Positions 25,901-38,730 of a DNA stretch of 64,000 nt are shown in pieces. Numbering within the stretch: position 1 is the stretch's first letter; every line of letters starts with the position of its first letter. Both the position numbers and the translations under genes were made by a program. This stretch comes from Podarcis gaigeae. Lineage: Eukaryota. The stretch is taken from the NCBI GenBank assembly GCA_964106915.2, contig OZ066914.1. One strand, given 5' to 3'. The notes beneath the pieces are model-generated. The model was not told the DNA's origin and ran no database searches. It worked only from the letters and a program-made list of their open reading frames with translations.

Positions 25901-28900
25901 AATCAATAAGCTATCCACCTGAAATATGAAGTGTGTACTCTGGGAATACCTCCTTGATTCCACTTTGCCACACTGGCACCTATTTCCCGCTAAGGCCAGG
26001 GGCAGCCTGAGCACAGTTACCGGTACCTATTCCCTAGTAATATCACCATTAAGATAATGTAATGTGGTTTATGCAGGGCTGCCTTTGAAGACAATTCAGA
26101 GAACCCAGCTGGTGCAAGATACAACCACAAGGGTGTTGAGTGTTACTCTTGGGTGAGACTACATAACACCAGTCTAAAGTTCTGTATTGGCTGCCTGATT
26201 GCAGAGGCAGATTTACAGCAGCTTGATAGGTTCCCACTGCACAAAGTACTGAGCCTAGAGTTGAATACAAAATTGTGGGGGTGGACTGCAAAACTTTAAA
26301 GGGGAAGCCACAGTGCCTTCCTCTAAAAAAACCAGGGTGTTATGACTGGACTAAAACGTAGTTACATATAAGGAAGGAAGGACAGATTCTCATTGAGACT
26401 GACTAAGGAGTTAAAATAATCAAGTTCTGAGCAGTCAGCATTTAACAAGGGCATGTAGAAACTATGCCATCACTGAATCATTGTTTACAAGAATACAGGT
26501 CAAACAAAATACGCTGAATATAAGTGATGGTTGTAAGTAACTGACCTCTGCAGCATATGGTGCTTGCATGTGAATCATGTATGTGATGGATCAAATGAGA
26601 CAGGAGGTGTTAACAAGGCATGAGAAGTATTTATGTGAAGTGCTGGAAAAAATGTAGCAGAGTTCCCCCCCTCCTTCTGTTTTCATGCGGGCATTCAGAT
26701 AGTGTGATACCAACAGAGGATACTTTATCCCAGTGTTTCTGAGAGCTCTCTTGATCCCAGCAATCTGACCCAACCTTTATGGGTCAAGTTTGGGGAAATT
26801 AATGAATGTTCTGCTCTCAGATCAAGGAAGAATGCAGACCAGAATAGTTTGCTCTGTTCCATAGAAGGGGAAGGAGGATGCCTTTCTCTGACGCCTTCCT
26901 ATGGTATATTATGTCACAATAAATATGTTTTTTAGATGCCACAAGACTCTTTGCTGCCTTCTTCCTAATACCTTTTTGCAGTGTCAGCTAATTATTATAA
27001 AATCTGCACTAAGAAAATTTCAATAATAATTAGTTGGCAATGCAAATGTGTCTGCCTCATAATATGCCAGTATATTTTGAGACAAGTTCCATTGCGCCTG
27101 AAAATAGTCCTTTACTTACAATGTAAACTAAACATAATACACATTTATGTGTGTCTTTTGCACCTGAGTGGTCTCTGAAGGATACTCCAAGGGTAGGGCA
27201 CGCTTCACAAAAATCTGCCCTTTATAAAACCAAATCAAGAATATCCAACCGTTGGAACAACAACAAAACTCCAAGTTGGGAGGCGCAACAGAACTTGCCT
27301 ATGGAACGAATAAATGTACCCATCAATTTACAGTCATCCCCATCTCAGTCTTCTAATCAAACCTACTCCATGACTTGTACCAACTGGGAACTATCACTAT
27401 CATTCTCAAGTATCAGGTTCTGATTGGACACAGACTGGAAATTTCAGGAGCCACACTGTGGTAAACATGTGCATCTTCTCAAGCAAGCAGCAGCCACCCA
27501 TCTGGCCAGCCAACAGTGATGCATTACTAAATCCCACCACCAGCAAAGCTCCTGAATCAGCTGGCAGATAAACAAAACCACAAAAATGTGTCTATTTAGA
27601 ACTACCTCCTGCCCCCAAAAAATCCTCCCCAGGCCCCAGTATTAACAAATGGCACTTGTAATTGGCAAATGGTGAGTTAATGATGCTTTGAGTTTAAGCG
27701 CTTCAACCATCACTAAAAGGAACAAGGATTCTTGCCCACCTTGCTTCACTTCACCATTACCATCATCAAACGGATATGAGCATTTCTGCTCTGTCTATAA
27801 GGACCCTAAGAATAGCATGAGAGTTATGTGAAGTCAAAAAAAATCCCCTATTACAGACAGATCCTATTAAACCTTCAGGAAGGGGATGGCAATCAATTCA
27901 GCTTATCCATTTTAGAACTAATAAAACAGACATAAAATTTAGGTGGAATTTCATCTATAAGTACCATCCATTGACAAGGCTAATGTGAGGGAGGGAAAGC
28001 CATCAAAATTCCTCACTCAAAGGTCTCCAGTTCAGTTGCCTAGACTCTCTTTATAAAAACATTGCTGACTTAGAAAATCATTCCCCAGAGCTATATACAG
28101 TAGCTCCTGTATGTTGTGACCTGTCATGAAGACACAGACATGAAAGATTAGCGATGAGAGGCCAACAGGAGTGCAAGGGCTGGGGCTTCCTTGTCTGCAG
28201 ACATGCCAACACATTCTTTACCCCTTTAGTAAGACAGCTGAGAGGCATCTTGCTTTCATTGTTTCCTGCCGTCACTTTGTCTTTCTGTTCCACGTCTGAC
28301 AGCGCACCCAGCTCTAGCCACAAACATTTTCTGCTGAAGGAATGGGACTTGTTAAGGCAGGTTTTAAAGTAACATCTGTTCTGCAGTAGCCGGCAGTGCT
28401 TGTCTAGTCAATGCACATTTATTTTCTAAGAACCATTGCTATACAATTAGTCTTATAGTTAGTGGGTGCACATTTATGCATGCGCGCGCACACCTAATGC
28501 AGACACAATTCAGTATTAGTAAAGCCCAGATGAGACTGTATACTGCTTACGTTACCACTGAAGCTATTTTATGTTCTCTCTTTTCAGTTGAACTTGCACC
28601 AGTTTTATTCTCAGTCTGGGAGAATAGAGTGTGTGTGAACTTCATACCCAGATTTGTAATATCTGGTATGAAATGTCATTCATTTTTGTTTTGGATATGA
28701 CTTATAAGGTATACAATGACATCACAAACATGTATGGTGACACTTTACAAAGATAGATAGGAAGACAGTTTACTGAATAGAAATTTAGTCAAGAACAATA
28801 ATACACTCAACTTTCAATAGGCTTAACAGTGCTTTCGCCTCCTCTTGGGAAGTGCCCTGACCCTCAAACATGACTCCTCACATGACCGAGAGGAAGATAA

Positions 28901-29844
28901 TAATAAAGAATTATAGGTTTCTCCACTTGAGGGGGTCAGTACCTCTCCCTTGATCCTCTGACCAGATGACATAGTTTTCCACCTTCTGCAGACTCAGAGA
29001 ACAAGTCCCCAATAGCAATCACATACAATCCACAACATAAAAGTCAGTACTTGAAGATTCAGACAAGGGCCCTTTAGGTGAACACAGTCATCTCAAGGAG
29101 GAAGGAGCCATAACAATTCACATAAGAAGATCCCAGCTCTTTGCTAAGGCAATGTATTCTAAAGCTTAGCTAGCAAGGCCCCTGGGGACTGACCAGGGTC
29201 CCGCCCTGCCTAGAGATACCTGCCTGGACTTGTATGGATCTGTTTCTTGCTTCTCCTTCCTGTGAGTCCCCAAGCCCCATAACAGGATAGGAAGCAAAGA
29301 GAATTCCCAAAAGCCTCACAAAAATATGATCCTCTGTTTTTGTTCAAGAACTCAAGGTAAGTGAACTGTAATAAACTCCTATATTATGTTTGTAATACAG
29401 ATATTCTCTGTGAGAAAGAACAAATGCAATGAGAGCTTGAGACCAAAAAAGATGAAAGGAAGTAGGGGGGAAAGTCTGAATACAAAGTTTGAAGCCAAGA
29501 CCATTATCCATTGCTCTGCTTGAATTTCTACCAGATGTGAATCTAACTCATTTTCATCATTTAGCACCTGTATTTTAAGGGAGTGATGGCCTTGCCCACA
29601 GATGTCTTCAAAAAGTAAGACTGAAAACTTGCCCCCAATTGGAAATGAGTTCCCATGACAGCAGGGAATCAGGAGTCTTCCAGGCGAGAACTGAAGATGA
29701 AAGTTGAACCAATAGTTCAAAAAGTTCATATTTTACATCTTTTCAATTTAACATTTTTTTAAAAAGTAATGCATTTTAACATGGAAGATTCTCACTATTA
29801 AATATCTATACAGCAAGCTTTTGTGTGAATTATACTTAAGCTGT

Positions 29845-30393
29845 TGTCAGGTGACAGAGTCAGGAGCAGATCAGCAATAAAACACCCAGTTAACTCTTTA
29901 TTCAAATAAACCAAAACAGCGCAAGCCTAGTGATCGCAGCAACTCTTCCCAGGAGGAAGTGCGAGGACCGACAGTCTCCACCTTCCTACCACTATAAGGC
30001 TCCTCCCCCAGGTCCTTCCCCAGCAACCCGAGGTTCCTTCATCTTGCCTCTCTTTGCTCTGCACTCTTCATCCCTCTCCGTGTTTTGGGAGACTAGTAGG
30101 GAGGAGACCTGGTAACAGCAGAATGGGGAGATTCTTTAGCAGCCTGGCTCTTTAGCAGCCTGCCCCCACTCCTATCCAGCCTCCACTTCAGCCTCTGATT
30201 TTGGACTCCCTTTGCCACAGCCACTTCCTGCTCACTAAACCCTGTTACCTCTTCAGCTTCCAACACCTCCTCCACCCAGTCTGCTCCTTCTTCTCCCTCT
30301 AATCACTCATCATTGTCCCACCATCCAACTCCCCTTGGGGGTTCCCCAGCTGGTGCCTCCCACCACTGCTCTGCATCCAGCCAGTCCATGACA
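29845..30393 (-). mobile_element. Solo LTR (549 bp) of an LTR retrotransposon
   Basis: TGTCA...TGACA termini; perfect 5-bp TSD GCTGT (29840-29844, 30394-30398); AATAAA on the minus strand (TTTATT near 29897). Confidence 0.88.
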
Positions 30394-30781
30394 GCTGTAA
30401 CAGCAATCTTGAATTATACCAAAGGTGAATGTGCACATCCATAAGCACCCACACATGCATATATATCTGCACACATATTTCCTGCCTTGAAGTATTTATA
30501 ATGGTCCATATAAAATCTCTATAAAATTTATGGGATTTGAAGAAAACAACAACACATATTGTATGTAGGCAGAGCATATATCATTCATTTTCTTTGAGGA
30601 AATTATTGTTTTTGGGGAGTGGGTATGCAACTTATTTGTTTGAGACTCTGTTCTTGCATTAATGAACAACAACATTCAGTAAATATATAAACCCCATTTT
30701 TTAAATAAAGTTTTATTTTCAGCATGAACTGATGAATAAAAGCCCAGCCTAAGCCTACACTCTGTGTTTATGGAATTCTCC

Positions 30782-30806
30782 AAAAAAAAAAAAAAAAAAA
30801 AAAAAA
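30782..30806. repeat. poly(A) tract
   Basis: Directly visible. Confidence 0.9.
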
Positions 30807-33800
30807 GCTAGGCATTTCCCAAATGCTGTATAGTGAAAGTAGATAGCATCATGTGCCCTTGCTTAGAGAGGAAATTTGGCACAGAATTAGCAAAATGAAG
30901 TGGTCATTTTGAAAGGGAACCTACAATTAGAAAGTTCAGCACCATCCCAGCAATAGGCAATAAGTCTAGAAAAAGAACTTGTGGAATACATGTCTGCGTG
31001 TCAAAATTGTCTCCAAACCCCAATAAACACCAATAAGCCCTAGTGAGATATTTTGTTCCTCAGAATCTATTTTGAATGAAAATCTGTACTTGAAAAAAGC
31101 AAATTTAGTAAAAGTTGTTATGCTTGGATAATTCCAAAAGCCTTAACCCAGCAATTCATGTTCTCAGTAGCTACCATCATAAGCTGAACTTAGTGCTGTG
31201 AGACATTTATTGCTATTACATGTGAATCAGGAGCTACACCACGTTCATAATGAAAATTGCCCCCTTCCTGGCTGCTATTTCCCCCAAAGGTGCTGCTTAT
31301 AGTAAAAATATATGGGTATTTTTACACCAAATGTACTGAAAAGTAGAGGGACAGTCTATCATTCACCCACCTTTGATAGTGCACATGGTATTTCACGGCA
31401 GCTACAAGATGCTCAAAAGGTAAGTAATTCTCATGTGATCTTGAGTTGCTGCACAGTTAAGGAACCAAATCCCCATTTTTGTAGCTGTTGTGAAACCAAC
31501 AACTGTGCACTTGCTGTGCACATTTCTAATAGCTGTGTGTTCATTTGTCAGTCCTTTCCATTATCAGTACAGTAGCAACAGCATGGGATGCTAAACTCAT
31601 CTCTGTGTCTACGACATTTCATTTCCTTGTGTTTTCTGATTTAAAAGTGTTACATACCACATGGAAATCTCATTGAGCCGCAAGGATTATACTTGTGGAG
31701 GAGGCAATTAAAAAAAATGAAATGAACTATTTAATCATTTCTTTTTAAAAGCATTTGCATTAGTATCAGCTTAACAGTAGTTAAATAAAAGGATTCTGAA
31801 AAACCAACAATAATTCTCAAACAGGAAATACTTTCAAAGGGTACCATTTAACATTTTGAGGTGGGGGGTGCACAGTAACCATATCCCTATGACAACACCA
31901 GAGAGGATTTGTATCTAACTGCAAGGATCTAATTTATTTCTCATATAATAATATCCAGTGGCCATTGTGAACATTTCATTATCATGGAAATTAAAGACAA
32001 CACAAAGAAATTAATGTTTTAAGAGAAACCTAGCATGGTCCATTAAACTCTGCCTTTTATTGTCTGTATAACTGTAATAAGATACGTTTTCTCCCTTTCT
32101 GTAATATATACACATACATTTCTGAATAATGGGAGTAACACTTTCCATAAATTACATACGAAAGCTTTGAGGGCAAGCCACTAGCTCAGCACAACAGTCT
32201 TCATATTTCCATATAAATGTACACTGTGTACTTTTTTCTTTTCTCGATTGTCACACGCCCCATAAAGCAATACAATTTATCCCAGTAGATGTTAACTCTT
32301 GCTAATTTGTAACAATCACAAATCATGGCTAAGTTGAACAAAGCGAGGATTTCTGCCATTATTACCAGCAAGGGCCAACAGGAGTTGGCCTTCAGAAAGA
32401 GATGGCAGTTGACTACAAGCCAGGATATGTAGTTCGACTACTATCTTATGTGGTTTGGGCTAGAAAGAACAGGGAGAAGTCACAATGCCCAGATCAGGCT
32501 AAAGGCTTTATATGTGTGGCAGTAGAACACATCTATGACCCTACTTGGATAGGAAATCTCCTGAACAAAATCGATGCGCCCATGATGACATTATCCAACC
32601 TGATCTAGCAACCTGGGGCTACACTTCCACACCCACACTTTTTCAAGAGGAGAAATATAAGGCCATATTTAGGTCTCCCTTACTTAACTTTCCCTTCCCT
32701 GCCAAGCAAGTGATTGGTATGACTGCAGCTTATTTTTACAGGGAGGCTAGGCATGCAACCTTTGCTGCTGTGCAAGCACTGAATTAGATCAGTGCCTACA
32801 CTGTCAGGTTAATTTTCCTGAATATTTGACACTGGATCTTTGGCATTTGAAATGTCTTTCCTTCTATGGTTTGAACAGAGGCACGTTCTTTGTGACACAA
32901 TACTTTTATCTCATTAAACCAGAAGTTTTATGGTCTCTCTGCAGTGGCTCTGACCACAAAGCGCCACTGTTTAGCTCGTTAACCAAGGAATGTACAGTGG
33001 AATGCACAAAATTGGTGTGCTCACACTTGTCATGCCAAACAGCAGTAGCCTGTCTACTCCCATGTTATCCGCAGGGGAGAAATATTTCATTCCAATACTG
33101 TTCCTACATTATAATTTCAGTGGAGACTTATCTAGCCCCATTCATTTTTGTTTGTCCCCATTCCGAAAAGTACATACAGTAGGAGCTATCCCACAAAACC
33201 TTTCAGAAAAGCGTATGAAAATTCTAACTACAATTGCTATCCAAGAAGATGGAAGTAGTTTTCCCCCTTTCCCTCTGGGCACTTGGGATAAAGCTGGTGT
33301 TAATGGCGAGGAAGAGGAAAAGCAGGACCAGGGAACTCTGGGATTCAGCAATGTCTCAGCAGATGCCCAAACATCCAGTCCTGCCAGAGGATACCACATG
33401 CCTAGAAAAAGGATTTGGAACCTATTTTAGCCAGGAGGCACATGCTGGTGCTGGATGGAACCACAAGCATAAGTGGCAGAAAAATTACTGTAGATTTTAC
33501 CTTTGAACCAAAGGCTACTTTCTGTACACACATGCCTCTTTCCTGTATCCAGGCAATCAAAAAGCATTACCAGAGTTCAAGGACACATTCCAGTCAGGCA
33601 GCATGTGAAGCAAGGCCAGTGAGGGATGCAACCTGGGGGGAGAGGGTGTGGATAAGGAGTGTGTGTGGCCTGGAGAGAGCCAAATAGAGAGGATTGGAGG
33701 GTTGCATTTTGCTACAGGGCTGAAGTTCCCCACCCCTGGACTAAAACATAGTGCAATTGACAAATAATACTTACTTCTGTTAAAGAAGAGGAAATAGACC

Positions 33801-34009
33801 AGCTATGCAGAACACAGGTTAAAAGCCTTTCAGTTTTACAGTGTAAACAATAGGTGCCAAGTCTAAAAGCTATTTCTGCTTCTAATTGCCAACCTTTGAA
33901 GACAGTTTAGAAATTGTAGCTGGTGCAGAATTAAATGACCAGATTGCTGATCAGGGCAAGACAGTCTGAACATATAACAACAATCCTGGCATGACTTCAT
34001 GGGCTGACA

Positions 34010-34440
34010 ATTAGTTTCTGGGTCCAGTTAAAGTGCTGCTTTTACCTATAAAGCCTTATGCTGCTCAGGACCCGAATATCTCAAGGACTGTCTCACCCAA
34101 CATCAACCAATTCAAACCCAGCATTCATCATCTGAGGCCCTTCTCTGTATTCCCCCTCGGAAGGAGGTGCAGAGGGCAGCAACATGAGAACCAGCCTTCT
34201 CAGTAGTGCCTTCCCAATTGCAGAAGGACCTCCCCAGGGATGCACATCGAGCACCATCAGTATCTGTTTTTAGGTACCTTAATTTTCTGCTTATCTCTTT
34301 AGTGGGGTGGGTTGTGTCTGATCTGTTTTTTTATGCTTATCACCAGTGAGCATTTTAGGTTGCTTTTGCTTGTTTTTCTTTTCTTTTCTGGAAGCTACTT
34401 TGAGTCACTTTTATGAAAAATAGTGAATTATGATTACTAC
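34010..34440 (+). mobile_element. L2 LINE 3' fragment, degraded
   Basis: AAAGTGCTGCTTTTACCTATAAAGCCTTA...GGACCCGAATATCTCAAGGACTGTCTC...GCCTTCTCAGTAGTG, similar to the 48282 and 61455 L2 copies. Confidence 0.7.
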
Positions 34441-36379
34441 TACTCAGAAAATAGGAAAGACTTGCCAAACTTTTGTAAACACATCATTTTCTAAATTATT
34501 TTCTAAAATCAACTGCTATATCAATTTGTAGTAATTTAATTAAGATATCAGAACACTGAAAACAGCTTTATCTGATGGCATTTTGGCTTGTTTTGCTTAA
34601 GGACAGAGACCTTTATCAGTGTATATTTGAAGATTATAATAAGTGATGTAGATGACTCATTCTCATCATCATGTTAGAATCAATCCAAACACTGGATGTC
34701 TGGGCTGGAAAGGCATGCAGAATATGCAAGCATCTGTTAAGCCACAAAGAAAGTTTGGAAGATGGAAAGAAAGAAAAAGAGGCCTTGATCTATCCTTTGA
34801 TTGCACAGGACAAGCTTTTCATTAACTTGATAAATGCTTTCTCACAGACTCTTTCTGTGACACCGCACAGCCTCTTCTTATTTTGCAAAACCATTCCTAA
34901 ATAGTAATAATTCCTAGAGTGCTTCCTGTGCTGATCTCATTCCTCTGGCTATGAAAACTTGAGTTCTCTGAACTAGTCTTGCAACTTCATGCTGCCTCCT
35001 CAATGACGTTATTGCCCATGAAGGAACAGTGTGTGGATAGTGGTGGCTGATACTCCCACTTAAGTGCTACAATATCAACACTGAACAGAGAGGAACAAAT
35101 CAATTCAACAGAGGCCCCTGGTAGGGCTGAGACTGGAGTGTAAAGTTTCAAGAGAACAACAGGTTCAAATTGCACATTATGCTTAACGTGTAGCAAAGTT
35201 TCTTATGTTTCTTTAATGAATTACAGTGGAGAGGATTGTTAAAGGAATCACCACACGTAGAAAGGAAGGTTTATCACTTCCATCCCCAGATGCGACCTCC
35301 TGAATATTGCCCCCCTCCCCCAGTTTGGGGGGAGTTTTTACTGGTGCTATTTTCTTATTCTAAACCTTGTACCTGCACAGTAATCTTTTTGTGGGGAACA
35401 ATGCAGTTGGAGGAAGAAGGGGCTCCATGCACTGTGATTCTATTTAGCAATCCCTCCCCATGTTTGTCATAAATTAATTAAAGAAAACCAAGAGACAGAG
35501 TGGCGTGCTATATATTAAGCTAACATGCAGTTTGGCACTGAAGATTCCAGACTGGAAAGAACACTGGACCCTCCAACACCTCAAAGACTATTGTTGTATA
35601 AAACATGTGCTCTCCAACACCATCCTAGTACTATTTCTATTTGTATGGTTCATACATCTACACACCATTTTTTTGAAACTGCCTTTTTTATTGTGTCTAA
35701 GAACTCGGGCAATGGTCTGTCCTAGCATTGCTACCTCTTTTAAGTTGCCTGAACCTGGTACCTCCTGTGTAGACAGTGCATGCTTATCTTTTAAGTCACA
35801 GCCCTTCCACAGAGGGAGGAAATAGAGTTATACTTGGAGAACTTGCAATTCTTTGACAAAATGCTACCCATTCATTAAATGCAACAAATATGGGATTCCA
35901 TTTATTTCCAGAATCTAGCAACTCACCTATCTTCAGCCTCAATCTATGGCATCAGTAACATTTTCCTTTTGTTCACAAGTAGGTTGATGTTCCAATTAAG
36001 CATGGTTACACAAGCGCCAGGTATTCAAAACAGACTAAGCTCCAATTTTTTCCAAAACAGCCGAATACACACCACCACTATTGTTTGGTCCTAAATATCT
36101 GAGCACTGAAATCTAATGCCTTTGTGTTGGACATACTAGAGCTGCTGATGGTGTAATATTTTTGAGTAACCAGCTGGCTGAGTAGCCCACCTTCCATATT
36201 CTTAAAGATCCATTTCTGAGACCAATACACTAGATGTGTGGGTTACTTAAATCAGGACAAGTATAACATTTACCATGCTAAAACTCCAGAACAGAGAGCT
36301 GTACATAAAAATACTGATTTGTTTTACTGCCCTGATTTCATTCTTCTAATTAGTGAAGTAACCTTGTGTTGTTAGTTAC

Positions 36380-36545
36380 AATTATCATTCCCATTTTAGC
36401 GATGCAAGGTCTTCGGGTAGGAGACAAGTGATTTGCCCAAGGCCACCTCATGTGTCCATGTAATGGCTAAATATGTTCATTCTAGGCCAAAGTCCAACAT
36501 TGGCCTAGGAATTCTAGGCCAAAGTCCAACATTCTGCTTGTATCT
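36380..36545 (-). mobile_element. MIR/CORE-SINE remnant
   Basis: ATTATCATTCCCATTTTA...GTGATTTGCCCAAGGCCAC core motif. Confidence 0.55.
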
Positions 36546-37356
36546 CTCTAACTCTTTAAGGATACTTTAGGTTCAGTAAAAAGTAGAGGAAAACGTCACT
36601 ATATTAAAACCTATGGCTGTGTTTCATCTTATTGTGCATTAACAGTTGAAAACTAGAGTTTGCAGACTGACAAATCCTGAAGTAAGAAAGTGTAACTAAA
36701 CCTGTCAAACAAAAATGTCACCTTATATATTGATATGACTAAGTACTGCCTATCAGCAAATGGAATTTCCAACACACTGCCTTGTGACATTTCCTATTTC
36801 TTCATGCATTTTGCTCCTGTGGCTCTTGCTATGACTGAAAGCAGCAGGGTGATCGTCTCCGCAGTGGGAAGTGAAGCACCTGCTGCTGAGAGTAATGATT
36901 GTGTCTTTACTAAATCTTGGATCTATTCATGTGCATTTGACCACTTAGATATATTAACAGCAAGCTCTCCATAGGTTAAGTAGTTAAATACTTTGGAACA
37001 CCAGCTGAGAAGCTGGTAGATGTCACCTTCAGTGTCTGTTAGGGCCAAGAATAACTGACAAATCAAGACTGCCCTTCCATTAAATATGGCAAACCAATCA
37101 AAAGAAAAATGATGACCTTTTAGCCACATTGCTTCATGGGAAGAAGAAAAAACAAACTTTCCATCTGCTAATGAAGTAAAAAAAAAGTGAACTAAACATT
37201 GTTAATTGCTGTAGGCTGCAATTACTCAGAACACCTTCCTCAACAATTCTTTTAAATGGTCTCACTGGGATAAATAAAAAAACACACCTGTATTTACCTG
37301 ACCATTTTTTAACTATTTCCTGCAGTTATTTCAAAGATGGTGTTCATAGTCTACAC

Positions 37357-37519
37357 CAGGCATGTCCAACAGGTCGATCGTGATCTACCGGTAGATCACT
37401 GGATGCCTGTGGTAGATCACAAAGCTCAACAACTTTGGCTGTCAATAACAGGGTAGATCACAGCCAGTATTTTTATACTGTGAGTAGATCACAGTCTCTT
37501 GGGAGTTGGACAATGCCTG
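37357..37519. mobile_element. hAT MITE with GTAGATCAC subterminal repeats
   Basis: TIR CAGGCATGTCCAAC / GTTGGACAATGCCTG; perfect 8-bp TSD GTCTACAC (37349-37356, 37520-37527). Confidence 0.9.
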
Positions 37520-37555
37520 GTCTACACTATCTCTCACACTGTTATGGAGTGGGGC

Positions 37556-37690
37556 CTCGAGCCTGATTCTGGCTCACTATTGTCTACACAGACTGGCAAT
37601 GGCTCTCCAGGGTTTCAGACAGGTAGTCTTCAGCAGAACTAACTAGAGATATGGAGGACTGAACCTGGGATGTTGAGCTACAGCCCTTCC
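37556..37690 (-). mobile_element. Squam3-like SINE
   Basis: TATTGTCTACACAGACTGGCAATGGCTCTCCAGGGTTTCAGACAGG...GAACCTGGGA. Confidence 0.65.
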
Positions 37691-38579
37691 ACAAAGCTTT
37701 GCTCTTAAAGTCAAGGCCCTGCTGATGTCAGGGTCTGATGTCACAATGCTAATTACAGACAATAAAATATTGGAAATTATACTACATCACTAGTAGTTCT
37801 GATTAACCTTTGAGGCAGAGAGGACGTGTTACAATAATAGGTTTTGGCGTGCTTTGAGGGTGGTTTGCCCTGCTCTGAATTGTCTTGCAACAGTGTTGTG
37901 TAGTCAGTTACCTTGAGAGTTCTAGCTGCCTGCACAGTGGCTCCTTTTTAAAAGTATGTGCTGACCATCCCATTTCTAGACACCAGGCAGACAGTGTAAT
38001 TGTCTTTCTCATAATAAGTTTATAGAAAATAGAGATGATTCAGCTGGGAGTGGGTTTACATAAATAAAACAGACATAGAACAACCTGCCCTGGGGCAAAA
38101 AATTGATTCAATTACAAACTGGGGCAGTGGGGGGTACATTTAGTTTTTCAATCTCTTTCTAGCTGATGGGCAACCCAAAGCATCCTGAATGCTTGTGTCA
38201 GAAGTAGAGAGAGGCAAGGAAACTAAAACCTAATCTCAGCGAGATGGAAACGCTGCTGGTTGGTGAGTCCTATGGTGTGGGTAGAGACTTACACATCTAT
38301 GCTGGATGATGTTGCACTTCTCTATCACTCCCAAAAAGTATGTTTGCAGCTTGTGGCATTAGATCTAGTACTTTTGAATAAACAGGCAGCAATAGACAGA
38401 GGTGCTTTAAACTAGCTTGTTGGTTCACCAGGTGTGGGTCTTTCTAGGGAACTTGGAGTTAGCCAAGGTTATTATTCCCCTTGAAATAACTTACATTTCT
38501 ATAATATCTAGTCATGCAACTTCCCTTGAAGACTATCCAGAAAGTTCAACTAGTCAAAAAAATAATAATCCCCAGGAGT

Positions 38580-38730
38580 AGAAGACATCTGAAGGCAGCC
38601 TTGTATTGGGAAGTTTTGAATGCTTGATGTTTTACTGTGTTTTTATATATGCTGTAAGCCGCCCAGAGTGGCTGCGGAAACCCAGCCAGATGGGTGGGGT
38701 ATTATTTATTTATTTATTTATTTATTTTTA
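38580..38730 (+). mobile_element. L2 3' tail with (TTTA)n
   Basis: GTAAGCCGCCCAGAGTGGCTGCGGAAACCCAGCCAGATGGGTGGGG followed by (ATTT)n; matches the tail of the 61455 copy. Confidence 0.8.

Noticed and set aside
32990-33430. 146-aa ORF and neighbouring ORFs
   Set aside because: No domain resemblance and no convincing splice sites; overlaps degraded repeat-like sequence.
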